Source of the DNA: Candidatus Electronema halotolerans
Lineage (GTDB): Bacteria > Desulfobacterota > Desulfobulbia > Desulfobulbales > Desulfobulbaceae
Assembly: GCA_942493095.1 (NCBI GenBank)
Contig: OW818675.1
Coordinates: 2,820,001-2,852,000, forward strand
DNA length: 32,000 nt
Direction of reading: 5' to 3'
A program made the position numbers and the translations under genes. The notes beneath the pieces were generated by a model, which ran no database searches, had not been told where the DNA came from, and saw only the letters and a list, made by a program, of their open reading frames with translations. Shown one piece after another: positions 8,454 to 15,556 of this stretch; positions within the stretch are counted from its first letter, which is position 1; every line of letters begins with the position of its first letter.

Positions 8454-8471
8454 TTTTCACGAACGTGAAAA
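8454..8471. promoter_or_regulatory. Perfect 8+8 dyad TTTTCACG-AA-CGTGAAAA, candidate operator upstream of the small-TM/NACHT unit
   Basis: Read directly in sequence; lies between the stop of the beta-propeller gene (8496) and the start of the small-TM gene (8364). Confidence 0.4.
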
Positions 8472-8495
8472 ATGTGAATTACAGAACGATTCGTC

Positions 8496-9395
8496 TCAAT
8501 ACGGCAGCATCACCACCTTGTTCTGCTTGAACAGCGGCACCAGCAAAAGATGACGTTTGGTGTCAAGGCCAAGATCAGCAGGTGACTCCAAATCATCAGC
8601 CAGCACCTTGAAATTGCCGTCTTTGTCCAGCGCATAGAGCGCGGCACCTGCCCAGCTGGAAACAACAAAGCGGCCATCGTCCAGCTTGATCAAACCATCC
8701 AGACTGCCTTTGGGCGGTGTCGGCATGGCGGTCCGCTTCCCGGCAGCATCAATGCTGAACAGCTTGCCTGTGCCAAAGGTGTTCACGACAAGGCGGCCAT
8801 TGTCAGCCCATATCCCGTTCGGATGCCCCATTGCCGCATCTTTGACAATGACCTTCTGCCTGCCGTCCGCCCAAACCTGATACACAGCATCTGCGCCGGA
8901 CGGACTCATGTCAGCCGTCAGACCGCTGTCCGTCACATAGACCGAGCCGTCCGGCCCTGGCGCGACCCCATTGAGAAAGGTGCTGCCATCAATGGTGACG
9001 GATTGCTTCTGCCTGCCGCTCGGCAGCTCGAAAACCTGCACCTGATTGAGATCAGCAACAAAGAGATTGCCGCCTGTCACTGCTGAACCCTTGGGCGCAT
9101 TCAGGGTCACGCCCTCTTTGCTGCCGTCAATCCATTTGAGGTCAGCAACCGTGCCATCAGGTTTGAGCTTGGAAATAAAGCCATTGCCGTCGGCTGCGCC
9201 GGAGCTGCCGTTGATATTGCTGACCAAATAGACATCTTCAGCAGGGTAATATTCCACGGATTCCGGGGTGGCAAAACCAACCTCGCCGACAATGATGCGC
9301 GGCTCAAGTTGGGCGGCAAACGCGCCTGCGGCCCAGAACATGGCGGCAAAAACAGCGGCAAAACTTTGCCTTGCGCCTTTACTCATGCTGTTCAT
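8496..9395 (-). CDS. Secreted SMP-30/NHL-like beta-propeller protein
   Basis: Signal peptide (ARQSFAAVFAAMFWAAGAFAA), repeated propeller-like segments (NGVAPGPDGSVYVTDSG, HPNGIWADNGRLVVNTFGTGKLFSIDAAGKR, SLDGLIKLDDGRFVVSSWAGAALYALD). AGGAGGAG placed 8 nt before ATG 9395. Confidence 0.75.
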   Translation of the reverse strand: MNSMSKGARQSFAAVFAAMFWAAGAFAAQLEPRIIVGEVGFATPESVEYYPAEDVYLVSNINGSSGAADGNGFISKLKPDGTVADLKWIDGSKEGVTLNAPKGSAVTGGNLFVADLNQVQVFELPSGRQKQSVTIDGSTFLNGVAPGPDGSVYVTDSGLTADMSPSGADAVYQVWADGRQKVIVKDAAMGHPNGIWADNGRLVVNTFGTGKLFSIDAAGKRTAMPTPPKGSLDGLIKLDDGRFVVSSWAGAALYALDKDGNFKVLADDLESPADLGLDTKRHLLLVPLFKQNKVVMLPY

Positions 9396-9561
9396 GATCA
9401 TCTCCTCCTGCTATTTTTTGCGAAACGTTTTTCTCTCTGTTTTCCCGCTCCATGAACTGAATCATGCAGGATTTTCTGTGCTGGCAGTAATCGCCCGGAT
9501 GCCTGCACGCCGCTGTGGCGGCATCCATTTTTTCGCCATATTTAGCGCATTCCAGTTCCAT
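9379..9561 (-). CDS. Small Cys-containing protein (MELECAKYGEKMDAATAACRHPGDYCQHRKSCMIQFMEREN...)
   Basis: Four Cys at spacing C-x13-C-x6-C-x5-C within 32 residues; 3' end overlaps the downstream propeller gene start by 17 nt. Upstream part of the longer ORF (to 9717) crosses a terminator and is unlikely to be coding. Confidence 0.5.
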   Translation of the reverse strand: MELECAKYGEKMDAATAACRHPGDYCQHRKSCMIQFMERENREKNVSQKIAGGDDHEQHE

Positions 9562-9657
9562 GCCCTTGTTCCATGCAAAGTGATTCCAAAGCCAAGACAG
9601 GCCGCCTGCCGTAGGGGCATCCCCCCGTGGATGCCCGTGCAACGTGCCACAATGACG

Positions 9658-9688
9658 AAAAAAAACGGACGGCCACAGGGGGCCGCCC
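9658..9688 (-). terminator. Rho-independent terminator
   Basis: Minus strand GGGCGGCC-CCCTGT-GGCCGTCC followed by G and 8 T, immediately after the stop of the 49-aa ORF at 9692. Confidence 0.85.
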
Positions 9689-9691
9689 TTA

Positions 9692-9841
9692 CTATATTTT
9701 GATTCCGAGAATGCCAATCACCCCAATCACGATCAGATAAATCGCGACAATGTAATTCAGCAGCCTGGGCATGACGAGAATGGTAATTCCAGCAATAATG
9801 GCAAGCAGATATTGGACAGCAAAATTCAGATGAATCGTCAT
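9692..9841 (-). CDS. 49-aa DUF3096-like hydrophobic protein (MTIHLNFAVQYLLAIIAGITILVMPRLLNYIVAIYLIVIGVIGILGIKI)
   Basis: Too short for the provided ORF track; strong Shine-Dalgarno AAGGAGGG upstream; PRLLNYIVAIYLIxIGxIG resembles DUF3096; followed by a terminator. Confidence 0.8.
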   Translation of the reverse strand: MTIHLNFAVQYLLAIIAGITILVMPRLLNYIVAIYLIVIGVIGILGIKI

Positions 9842-9925
9842 GGCCTTCCCTCCTTCAGGGATGTTTTATTGCAGAGCAGGCAGCTTGTCCGCCCGCCTTG
9901 AGCAACGTTATTTTTTGCAGCAATA

Positions 9926-10108
9926 TTAGGAAGAATGCGCTTTCCTGTCTCCTGTCTGCGGACCTTCTTCATCACGCCATTGGAACTTGGCCTGTTTACT
10001 CTCTTCCAATTCCTTCAAGATATGAAAGCCCTGTTCCAAAATGGCCGCCTTTTCCCGCATCCCGACGCAGGGTTCTGCTTCCTTTGTGTCAGCCGATTTC
10101 CTCCACAT
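9926..10108 (-). CDS. Small hypothetical protein (MWRKSADTKEAEPCVGMREKAAILEQGFHILKELEESKQAKF...)
   Basis: 60 aa, AAAAGGAGGAGAAAA Shine-Dalgarno before ATG 10108; no recognised family. Confidence 0.5.
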   Translation of the reverse strand: MWRKSADTKEAEPCVGMREKAAILEQGFHILKELEESKQAKFQWRDEEGPQTGDRKAHSS

Positions 10109-10260
10109 TTTTCTCCTCCTTTTTATCGTGTCAGAGCACAACGATACACCTCCTGCCACGAGAAAGCAATGCTATCTGCGGTCAGCAGGCTTGCCAGCCC
10201 GCAAATATTTTTTTATATAGAGCGGGCAAGCAACGAGATCAACCTGCACTGAGGAAAGCC

Positions 10261-10695
10261 ATGCGTCCTGTCGCGCTGACCGACACTGTCACCATCACCT
10301 ATGCTGCCGCCTTGGAGAGCGGCGAGCTGATCGAGCAGACTGACGAGCCAGTCACCTTGGCCATTGGCAGCAGCACAGTCTGCCCGGCAGTGGAAGCCTG
10401 CCTTTTTGGCATGGAGCCAGGCCAGAGCAGAGTGATCCGGGTTCAGCCGGAAGATGCCTATGGCCTGCATCAGTCGGAATTGGTGCAGGGGATTCCTTTG
10501 GCTGCCTTCCAAGGCCGCTTTGCGCCGCAGCCGGGCATGATTCTCTCCTTGAATGTGGAGCGGGACGGGCAGAACTGCCCGGTTCCGGCCACAGTCACAG
10601 CCGTGAACAATGACACGGTCACAGTTGATTACAACCACCCGCTCGCTGGCAAGGTGATTGTTTACACGGTCAATTTGATCAGCATTGCTGATTAG
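10261..10695 (+). CDS. FKBP-type peptidyl-prolyl cis-trans isomerase, SlyD-like
   Basis: TDTVTITYAAALESGELIEQT...CLFGMEPGQSRVIRVQPEDAYGLHQSELVQGIPLAAF...NNDTVTVDYNHPLAGKVIVYTVNLI. Confidence 0.88.
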   Translation: MRPVALTDTVTITYAAALESGELIEQTDEPVTLAIGSSTVCPAVEACLFGMEPGQSRVIRVQPEDAYGLHQSELVQGIPLAAFQGRFAPQPGMILSLNVERDGQNCPVPATVTAVNNDTVTVDYNHPLAGKVIVYTVNLISIAD

Positions 10696-10907
10696 CTTCG
10701 GGCCGGAAACTCGGCCTCCTGTTCCTCGGCAAAATAGCAGAATCTGTCCCAAGCAAATTCCCGCCCTGAAACCGGGCAGCGGAGGGTCACTTTCCGCTCG
10801 TCAACAGCGATGACTAACCAGTCGCCCCGGCGGGGGCCGTCCTCAATGTGAATCTTCTGGCCTGTTGCCAAGGGATAAGGGCGGAAGAACACCACTTTTT
10901 CAGTCAT
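10692..10907 (-). CDS. Hypothetical protein, 71 aa
   Basis: MTEKVVFFRPYPLATGQKIHIEDGPRRGDWLVIAVDERKVTLRCPVSGREFAWDRFCYF; start trimmed from 11324 because the longer version crosses mazG on the other strand. Confidence 0.55.
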   Translation of the reverse strand: MTEKVVFFRPYPLATGQKIHIEDGPRRGDWLVIAVDERKVTLRCPVSGREFAWDRFCYFAEEQEAEFPARS

Positions 10908-10931
10908 ATCGAATTCTCCTTTCATGGAATC

Positions 10932-11399
10932 ATGCCTGTGCAAGCCTTTCAACGACTGGAAGAAATTGTCCGCATTCTTCGTTCCGAGCGCGGCTGTCCG
11001 TGGGATCAAAAACAAACCGCAGCCAGTTTGAAGAAATACCTGCTCGAAGAAGCGGCAGAGCTGGCCGAGGCCATTGATCAGGGCGATCCGGCCTTGATCT
11101 GCGAGGAGGCAGGCGACCTCCACTTTGTTCTGGCTCTGCTGCTGGCCATCTGCGAGGAGCAGGGCGGCTGCTCGGCTGCTGCGGCTCTCAATGCCGCCTG
11201 CGAAAAGATGCGCCGCCGTCATCCCCATGTTTTTGCTGCTGACCAAGAAACAACCCTTTCCGAGGCCCAGCTCCGGGAGCAATGGGAGCGGATCAAGCAG
11301 GAAGAAAAAAAGGCAAAAGCGCAATCGCTCTCAGTAACGGAATTGAACCGTCCGCCAGTCAGTTTCAAAATTCCAGAGGGAAAAGAAGGGAATGATTGA
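10932..11399 (+). CDS. mazG: MazG-family nucleoside triphosphate pyrophosphohydrolase
   Basis: RLEEIVRILRSERGCPWDQKQTAASLKKYLLEEAAELAEAID...EEAGDLHFVLALLLAI...RRRHPHVF is diagnostic. Confidence 0.9.
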   Translation: MPVQAFQRLEEIVRILRSERGCPWDQKQTAASLKKYLLEEAAELAEAIDQGDPALICEEAGDLHFVLALLLAICEEQGGCSAAAALNAACEKMRRRHPHVFAADQETTLSEAQLREQWERIKQEEKKAKAQSLSVTELNRPPVSFKIPEGKEGND

Positions 11400-11927
11400 G
11401 TGAATGCTCAAGGGCAGGGTGTTTTCCTCCAGCGTGGTTTTGAGGTGCAGAGCGTATTTCTGCCCGCTCACCAGCTTGTTCAGCGGAGCCAGCCTGATTT
11501 CATGCAGTTCCGCCATCATTTTTTCCGCCTCTGCTAAGGAGCGGGTCGTTTCAGGCTGTTGTTTCTCTGAAAAAGCCACTTGATATTCCTGCTTGATCGG
11601 ATCGTAGCTCAGGGTGTGGTTGACAACCTGCTTGACAACCCGCTCGTTGAACCAGTAGCTCCGCACCCGGCGCAGGTCAAGATAGAAGCGGAAGGTGACA
11701 GGAATGGCGTTATGCACGCCTTCCAGCATGTCCTTGGTGAAGCAGTCCTGCACCGCTGCCGAGAGCAGCAGGCTTTCTTTGTCAATGGCAAGATGAATGT
11801 CCGTGATAGCTGGCTCTGCTGCTCCGCCCCCTGCCCATGCCGAGCAGGAGCAGAGCAGCAGGAGCAGGACAAGACCTGTCCGCTCAAATCGCCGGACAGC
11901 GATTGGGAAAAAAAATTGAAGGCGCAT
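11331..11927 (-). CDS. DUF4390-family protein
   Basis: Signal peptide, 198 aa, IPVTFRFYLDLRRVRSYWFNERVV...LSYDPIKQEYQV...PFFSLWNFETDWRTVQF resembles DUF4390. Confidence 0.75.
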   Translation of the reverse strand: MRLQFFFPIAVRRFERTGLVLLLLLCSCSAWAGGGAAEPAITDIHLAIDKESLLLSAAVQDCFTKDMLEGVHNAIPVTFRFYLDLRRVRSYWFNERVVKQVVNHTLSYDPIKQEYQVAFSEKQQPETTRSLAEAEKMMAELHEIRLAPLNKLVSGQKYALHLKTTLEENTLPLSIHSIIPFFSLWNFETDWRTVQFRY

Positions 11928-12192
11928 GAATGGGATACAGAAGATGCGGCACCAAAGGCGCAGTCGTTCAGGCGCGCCCTTGCCAGCGTTTCAGACAATG
12001 AGTCTGCAAAAGTACACCATTCAACAGCCTTTGTCCATGCGCCGGGTTATTTTTCCCGCCAGGCACTTCTCCCTTGACAGCAGGCAGGGAAAAGAAATAT
12101 ATATGTGCATATGTTTAAAAACAGCACGGCCTGCCTCTGCCGTTGCGCGCAGACACGGTTGCAAAAAAATCCCTCAACAGGAGAGAACAGAT

Positions 12193-12585
12193 ATGAGCAG
12201 AACACTGACCCTTGCCATCCCCTCTGACAATCCAGGCGGCCTGACCGCTGGCATTTCAGCCCATTTTGGTCATTGCGACATGTTCACCCTGGTCAACATT
12301 CAGGATGATCAGATCGCCTCAGTGAACACCGTCAACAACGTGGAGCACAGCTCAGGCGGCTGCATGGGGCCGGTCAACCTGCTGCGCGAGCAGGGTGTGC
12401 AGGCGATTGTGGTGGGCGGCATTGGCGCACGGCCCATGCAGTTTTTCGCGGAAGCAGGCATTGAGGTCTATTATGCGGACCGGAGTGCCCTGCAAAATGT
12501 GGGCGAGGCGGCCAACGGCCTGATTGCGGGCAAATTTCCCATCATGCGGCCTGACCAGACCTGCCAAGGTGATCACAGCCACTGA
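12193..12585 (+). CDS. NifX/NifB-type dinitrogenase iron-molybdenum cofactor biosynthesis-domain protein
   Basis: LAIPSDNPGGLTAGISAHFGHCDMFTLVNI...GGCMGPVNLLREQGVQAIVVGGIGARPMQFFAEAGIEVYY. Confidence 0.88.
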   Translation: MSRTLTLAIPSDNPGGLTAGISAHFGHCDMFTLVNIQDDQIASVNTVNNVEHSSGGCMGPVNLLREQGVQAIVVGGIGARPMQFFAEAGIEVYYADRSALQNVGEAANGLIAGKFPIMRPDQTCQGDHSH

Positions 12586-12595
12586 TTGATTGGCT

Positions 12596-12642
12596 CGGCG
12601 GCGCGGCTGGGAGGATCATCCAGTCCGCCGCCGTGATTTTTG
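12596..12642 (+). terminator. Probable Rho-independent terminator
   Basis: CGGCGGCG ... CGCCGCCG 8-bp stem (inner CTGG/CCAG stem) followed by TGATTTTTGCTTTTT. Confidence 0.5.
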
Positions 12643-12663
12643 CTTTTTCTGCTTTCATCTCTC

Positions 12664-12981
12664 ATGTCACCACGTCCCCGTAAAAAACGCTGCTGCGAAG
12701 GCGGCTTTCTCTCAGGTCAGGCCTTCAAGCCCAGCGGCATTCCCCTGCGGCAGTTGAAACAGATTCCGCTGCACCATGATGAGCTGGAGGCTCTGCGGCT
12801 TTGTGATCTGGAAGGGCTGTTTCAGGAGCAGGCCGGAGAAAAAATGGGCGTTTCCAGAGGCACGGTGCAGCGCTTGGTCAGTTCCGCCCGCCGGAAAATC
12901 GCTGAAGCCTTGGTCTCTGGCGCAGCCCTTGTCTTTGCCGAGGAAGGCGGCGAGCAGCAACAGGCCGAGCAAGGCGGTTGA
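12664..12981 (+). CDS. DUF134-family predicted DNA-binding protein
   Basis: MSPRPRKKRCC...FKPSGIPLRQLKQIPLHHDELEALRLCDLEGLFQEQAGEKMGVSRGTVQRLVSSARRKIAEAL. Confidence 0.9.
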   Translation: MSPRPRKKRCCEGGFLSGQAFKPSGIPLRQLKQIPLHHDELEALRLCDLEGLFQEQAGEKMGVSRGTVQRLVSSARRKIAEALVSGAALVFAEEGGEQQQAEQGG

Positions 12982-12995
12982 GCAAAGTCCAAGCC

Positions 12996-14039
12996 TCAGC
13001 CTGCCGCCTCCACACTACCGGTCCGTCTGCTCAAGGGCGGCACCTGCTCTCCTGCCGCCACTGCGCAATGCCGCAGAACGCTGTTTGCGCCGATCACGGC
13101 TCCTGCGCCGACCGTGCAGTCATGCAGCACCGCTCCAGACGCAATCAGCACGCCAGCACCAATTTCGCACTGGCCGCTGATCTGCACGCCAGCCTGCAAG
13201 ACCGCATCCTGCCCAACCGTGCTTTCTGCTGCAACTAAGACTGTTTCCGGGGCATACATTGTCACGCCTGCCAGCATGAGCTGCCGGTTGCGGCGCAATT
13301 GCAGCTCTTGATGTGCTTGGGCCAGCTCCACCCGTGAATTCACGCCCAGCACGTCAAGAGCTGGCTTATGGACGAATTTTTCTGTCCGCCTGCCCTGCTG
13401 GACAGCAATGCTGACTATGTCGGTCAGATAGACCTCGCCTTGACTGTTGTCTGTGCCCACCTGCCGCAGAGCCTTGAAAAGGAAGTCGCGCTCGGCGATA
13501 TAAATGCCAGCATTGATTTCCCGGACAGCCTGCTCCGCCTCGTCCGCGTCCTTCTGCTCAACAATGCGCAGGACCTGCCCTTCCGCATTGCTGATGATTC
13601 TGCCGTAGCCAAAGGGATTGTCCAGCTCCGTGCTCATCAGGGTCAGGGCAGCCCCCTGCGCCAGATGCTGGGCAAGCATGGCCTGCAAGGTTTCCGGGCG
13701 GATCAGCGGCGTGTCGCCGCAGAGGATCATCACCTGTGCCGCCTGAGCGCAGGCCGCTTCCGCGCAGAGCACGGCATGACCGGTGCCAAGCTGCTCTTCC
13801 TGTATGACCGGGCTGATGCGGTACTCATGCAGCGAGGCCAGCACCGCTTCCTGCTGATGGCCGACAATCACGGCAGGCTGCTCAATGCCAGCAGCAGTGA
13901 CCGCATCCAGCACGTGGTGGAGCATGGGTTTGCAGAACAGCTCGTGCAGCACTTTGGCCTTGGCCGATTTCATGCGGGTGCCTTTGCCGGCAGCAAGAAT
14001 GACAGCGGAAATATTAGCAGTGTTCATCAATGGTTGCAT
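12996..14039 (-). CDS. glmU: UDP-N-acetylglucosamine pyrophosphorylase, short GlmU-like (nucleotidyltransferase domain plus few hexapeptide repeats)
   Basis: ISAVILAAGKGTRMKSAKAKVLHELFCKPMLHHVLDA...ILCGDTPLIRPETLQAML; ends at ~347 aa. True start may be ATG 14027 (MNTANISAVILAAG). Confidence 0.75.
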   Translation of the reverse strand: MQPLMNTANISAVILAAGKGTRMKSAKAKVLHELFCKPMLHHVLDAVTAAGIEQPAVIVGHQQEAVLASLHEYRISPVIQEEQLGTGHAVLCAEAACAQAAQVMILCGDTPLIRPETLQAMLAQHLAQGAALTLMSTELDNPFGYGRIISNAEGQVLRIVEQKDADEAEQAVREINAGIYIAERDFLFKALRQVGTDNSQGEVYLTDIVSIAVQQGRRTEKFVHKPALDVLGVNSRVELAQAHQELQLRRNRQLMLAGVTMYAPETVLVAAESTVGQDAVLQAGVQISGQCEIGAGVLIASGAVLHDCTVGAGAVIGANSVLRHCAVAAGEQVPPLSRRTGSVEAAG

Positions 14040-14134
14040 CTGTTGAAAGAGAATATTAGCGAGTTTTTTGATCAGCTGTGTGAATTCATCGATATTTTCC
14101 GAAAATTTCGGCGGTCAGCGGTCATCTTTTGCTT

Positions 14135-14971
14135 TCAAAACCAGAAATACAACAGGAGCAGGGCATTGACAGGCAGCAGCACTGTTCGGATGCGTCTGTC
14201 CCATGCGTCGCTGCGGGCTTTGCTGGCAATGGTTTGGAGCAAATCAGGCACCTTGCTCCGGGCGGGCAGAAGAGCGACAAAGGAAGGAAATTCAAGGCGG
14301 CGGGTCGGCTTGATGAACAGACGGCCATCGCGGTTCAAGGCTAATCTGCCCTGCGCCACGACAGGGTCGCCTTGCAGAAGAAACTGTTCAGCAACTTGGT
14401 ATCTTTTATATTTCCTCATATCCTGCGTGGCTGCCGCTGCCGGACAGCTTCCCTGCGTCTTTTCTGTGCTGCGCAGGGCCAGCCAGTTCTTGGTGAAATC
14501 CTCAGCCTTGACATACACCTTCCCGGCCTTGTCAGTCAGCTCAAGCTCGGCGGCAGACTGTTCACGCAGCAGGGGCTTGCGCTGCGTTTCCAAACCATTG
14601 GCTGGTTTTTTCTTTTTTGTCTCCCATTCAGCAACCACAGTTGCCAAGCAATAAGCGCATTCCTTGCCGCTGAAAGGCAGGCGATGTGTCTGCGCCGCCG
14701 CAATTTTGCCGGTGAAGCGGACATAGCAGTCAATCTTGTCAGGACTGAACGAATCAGGATGTTCCGCCATCCATGCCCTTTTCTTGAACGCGCCAATCTT
14801 GCGCCATTCCCGGAAGGCCAGCGCTGTCAGCCCGACAGGGATGATGCAGGAGAAGAAAAGTTGAAGAAAGTCGCGCTCAGAATTGGGCCAGTCGCGAAAC
14901 CACAGTCCGACATATTGAAGACCTGCTGTCAGCAGCAGGTAAAATATGCTCTTGCCTATCACTGCGACCAT
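14135..14971 (-). CDS. GIDE/MULAN-like membrane protein (two TM segments flanking a soluble domain)
   Basis: IDCYVRFTGKIAAAQTHRLPFSGKECAYCLATVV...LLREQSAAELELTDKAGKVYVKAEDF...RKYKRYQVAEQFLLQGDPVVAQGRLALN with N- and C-terminal hydrophobic segments. Confidence 0.65.
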   Translation of the reverse strand: MVAVIGKSIFYLLLTAGLQYVGLWFRDWPNSERDFLQLFFSCIIPVGLTALAFREWRKIGAFKKRAWMAEHPDSFSPDKIDCYVRFTGKIAAAQTHRLPFSGKECAYCLATVVAEWETKKKKPANGLETQRKPLLREQSAAELELTDKAGKVYVKAEDFTKNWLALRSTEKTQGSCPAAAATQDMRKYKRYQVAEQFLLQGDPVVAQGRLALNRDGRLFIKPTRRLEFPSFVALLPARSKVPDLLQTIASKARSDAWDRRIRTVLLPVNALLLLYFWF

Positions 14972-14992
14972 AAGACCAGCCTCCTGCCGTGT

Positions 14993-15397
14993 TCAGCCGT
15001 TGTTGTTGTTTCCGTTGTTATTGTTGTTATTGTTGTTATTGTTATTGTTGTTGTTATTGCTGCTGAAGCCGGAATCCCAGCCTCCTGCCGCCGCGACCAT
15101 GTCCTGTTCATCTTCCGGGCCAAGATAGTAGAGCGGGTCAAGGCGGGTGATCCGTTCGCCGTCAAAACGGAGATAGTCCGCACCATCGCTGCCGGGCAGG
15201 GTTTCCGCTGTGCTCAAGCCGTCAACAGTGAACAGATACAAGGTGTTGCTGCGGAAGAGCACGTAAGGATATTTGCCTGCCTGAGAAGAGAAGTGCTGCC
15301 GCACCTGTGATCGTGCCCGCGCCCTGTCCTTGATGCCAGTCTGCATCAGGTAGCTGTCTAATTTTTTGTCCACTGCTGCTGCGGGCTGGCTCATCAT
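14993..15397 (-). CDS. Hypothetical protein with C-terminal poly-Asn tract
   Basis: 134 aa ending SSNNNNNNNNNNNNNNNGNNNNG; 21 nt upstream of the GIDE-like gene on the same strand. Confidence 0.65.
   Translation of the reverse strand: MMSQPAAAVDKKLDSYLMQTGIKDRARARSQVRQHFSSQAGKYPYVLFRSNTLYLFTVDGLSTAETLPGSDGADYLRFDGERITRLDPLYYLGPEDEQDMVAAAGGWDSGFSSNNNNNNNNNNNNNNNGNNNNG
14999..15058. repeat. Trinucleotide (GTT/ATT on plus, AAC/AAT on minus) microsatellite encoding Asn4-Gly-Asn15
   Basis: Direct reading: four GTT codon complements 14999-15010, TCC 15011-15013, 15 consecutive GTT/ATT 15014-15058. Confidence 0.95.
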
Positions 15398-15556
15398 GAA
15401 CTCCTGTGTTTCGATTTATATTTCGCTCTCATTGTAGTCTGTTTTTCTCTGCCGCCGCAAGAAGCAAGCGGTGAACGATGCCATATTTCTGTGACAGAAT
15501 CCGCTTTTCCTGTAAACTGCCTGCTGGAATCCATCAACCCGCAGGCAAGGAACCAG

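Noticed and set aside
8194-8460. 88-aa version of the small TM protein starting at GTG 8460
   Set aside because: Start would lie within the dyad and has no evident Shine-Dalgarno, whereas GTG 8364 has AGGAGGG at good spacing.
8400-8500. Direct repeats or attachment-site duplications flanking the NACHT unit
   Set aside because: I compared the 5' flank with 5840-6010 and saw no convincing shared sequence; no integrase or transposase is present in the window.
9379-9717. Full 112-aa version of the four-Cys protein
   Set aside because: The upstream half runs through a Rho-independent terminator and a second hairpin; the MELEC start at 9561 is more plausible.
13368-14654. 428-aa plus-strand ORF
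   Set aside because: Antisense to the well-supported glmU-like and GIDE-like genes, low-complexity and Arg/Ser-rich with no family signature; a product of high GC.
15000-15060. Possible CRISPR-like or tandem DNA repeat signal
   Set aside because: It is a coding trinucleotide microsatellite (poly-Asn), with no spacers or conserved longer repeat.
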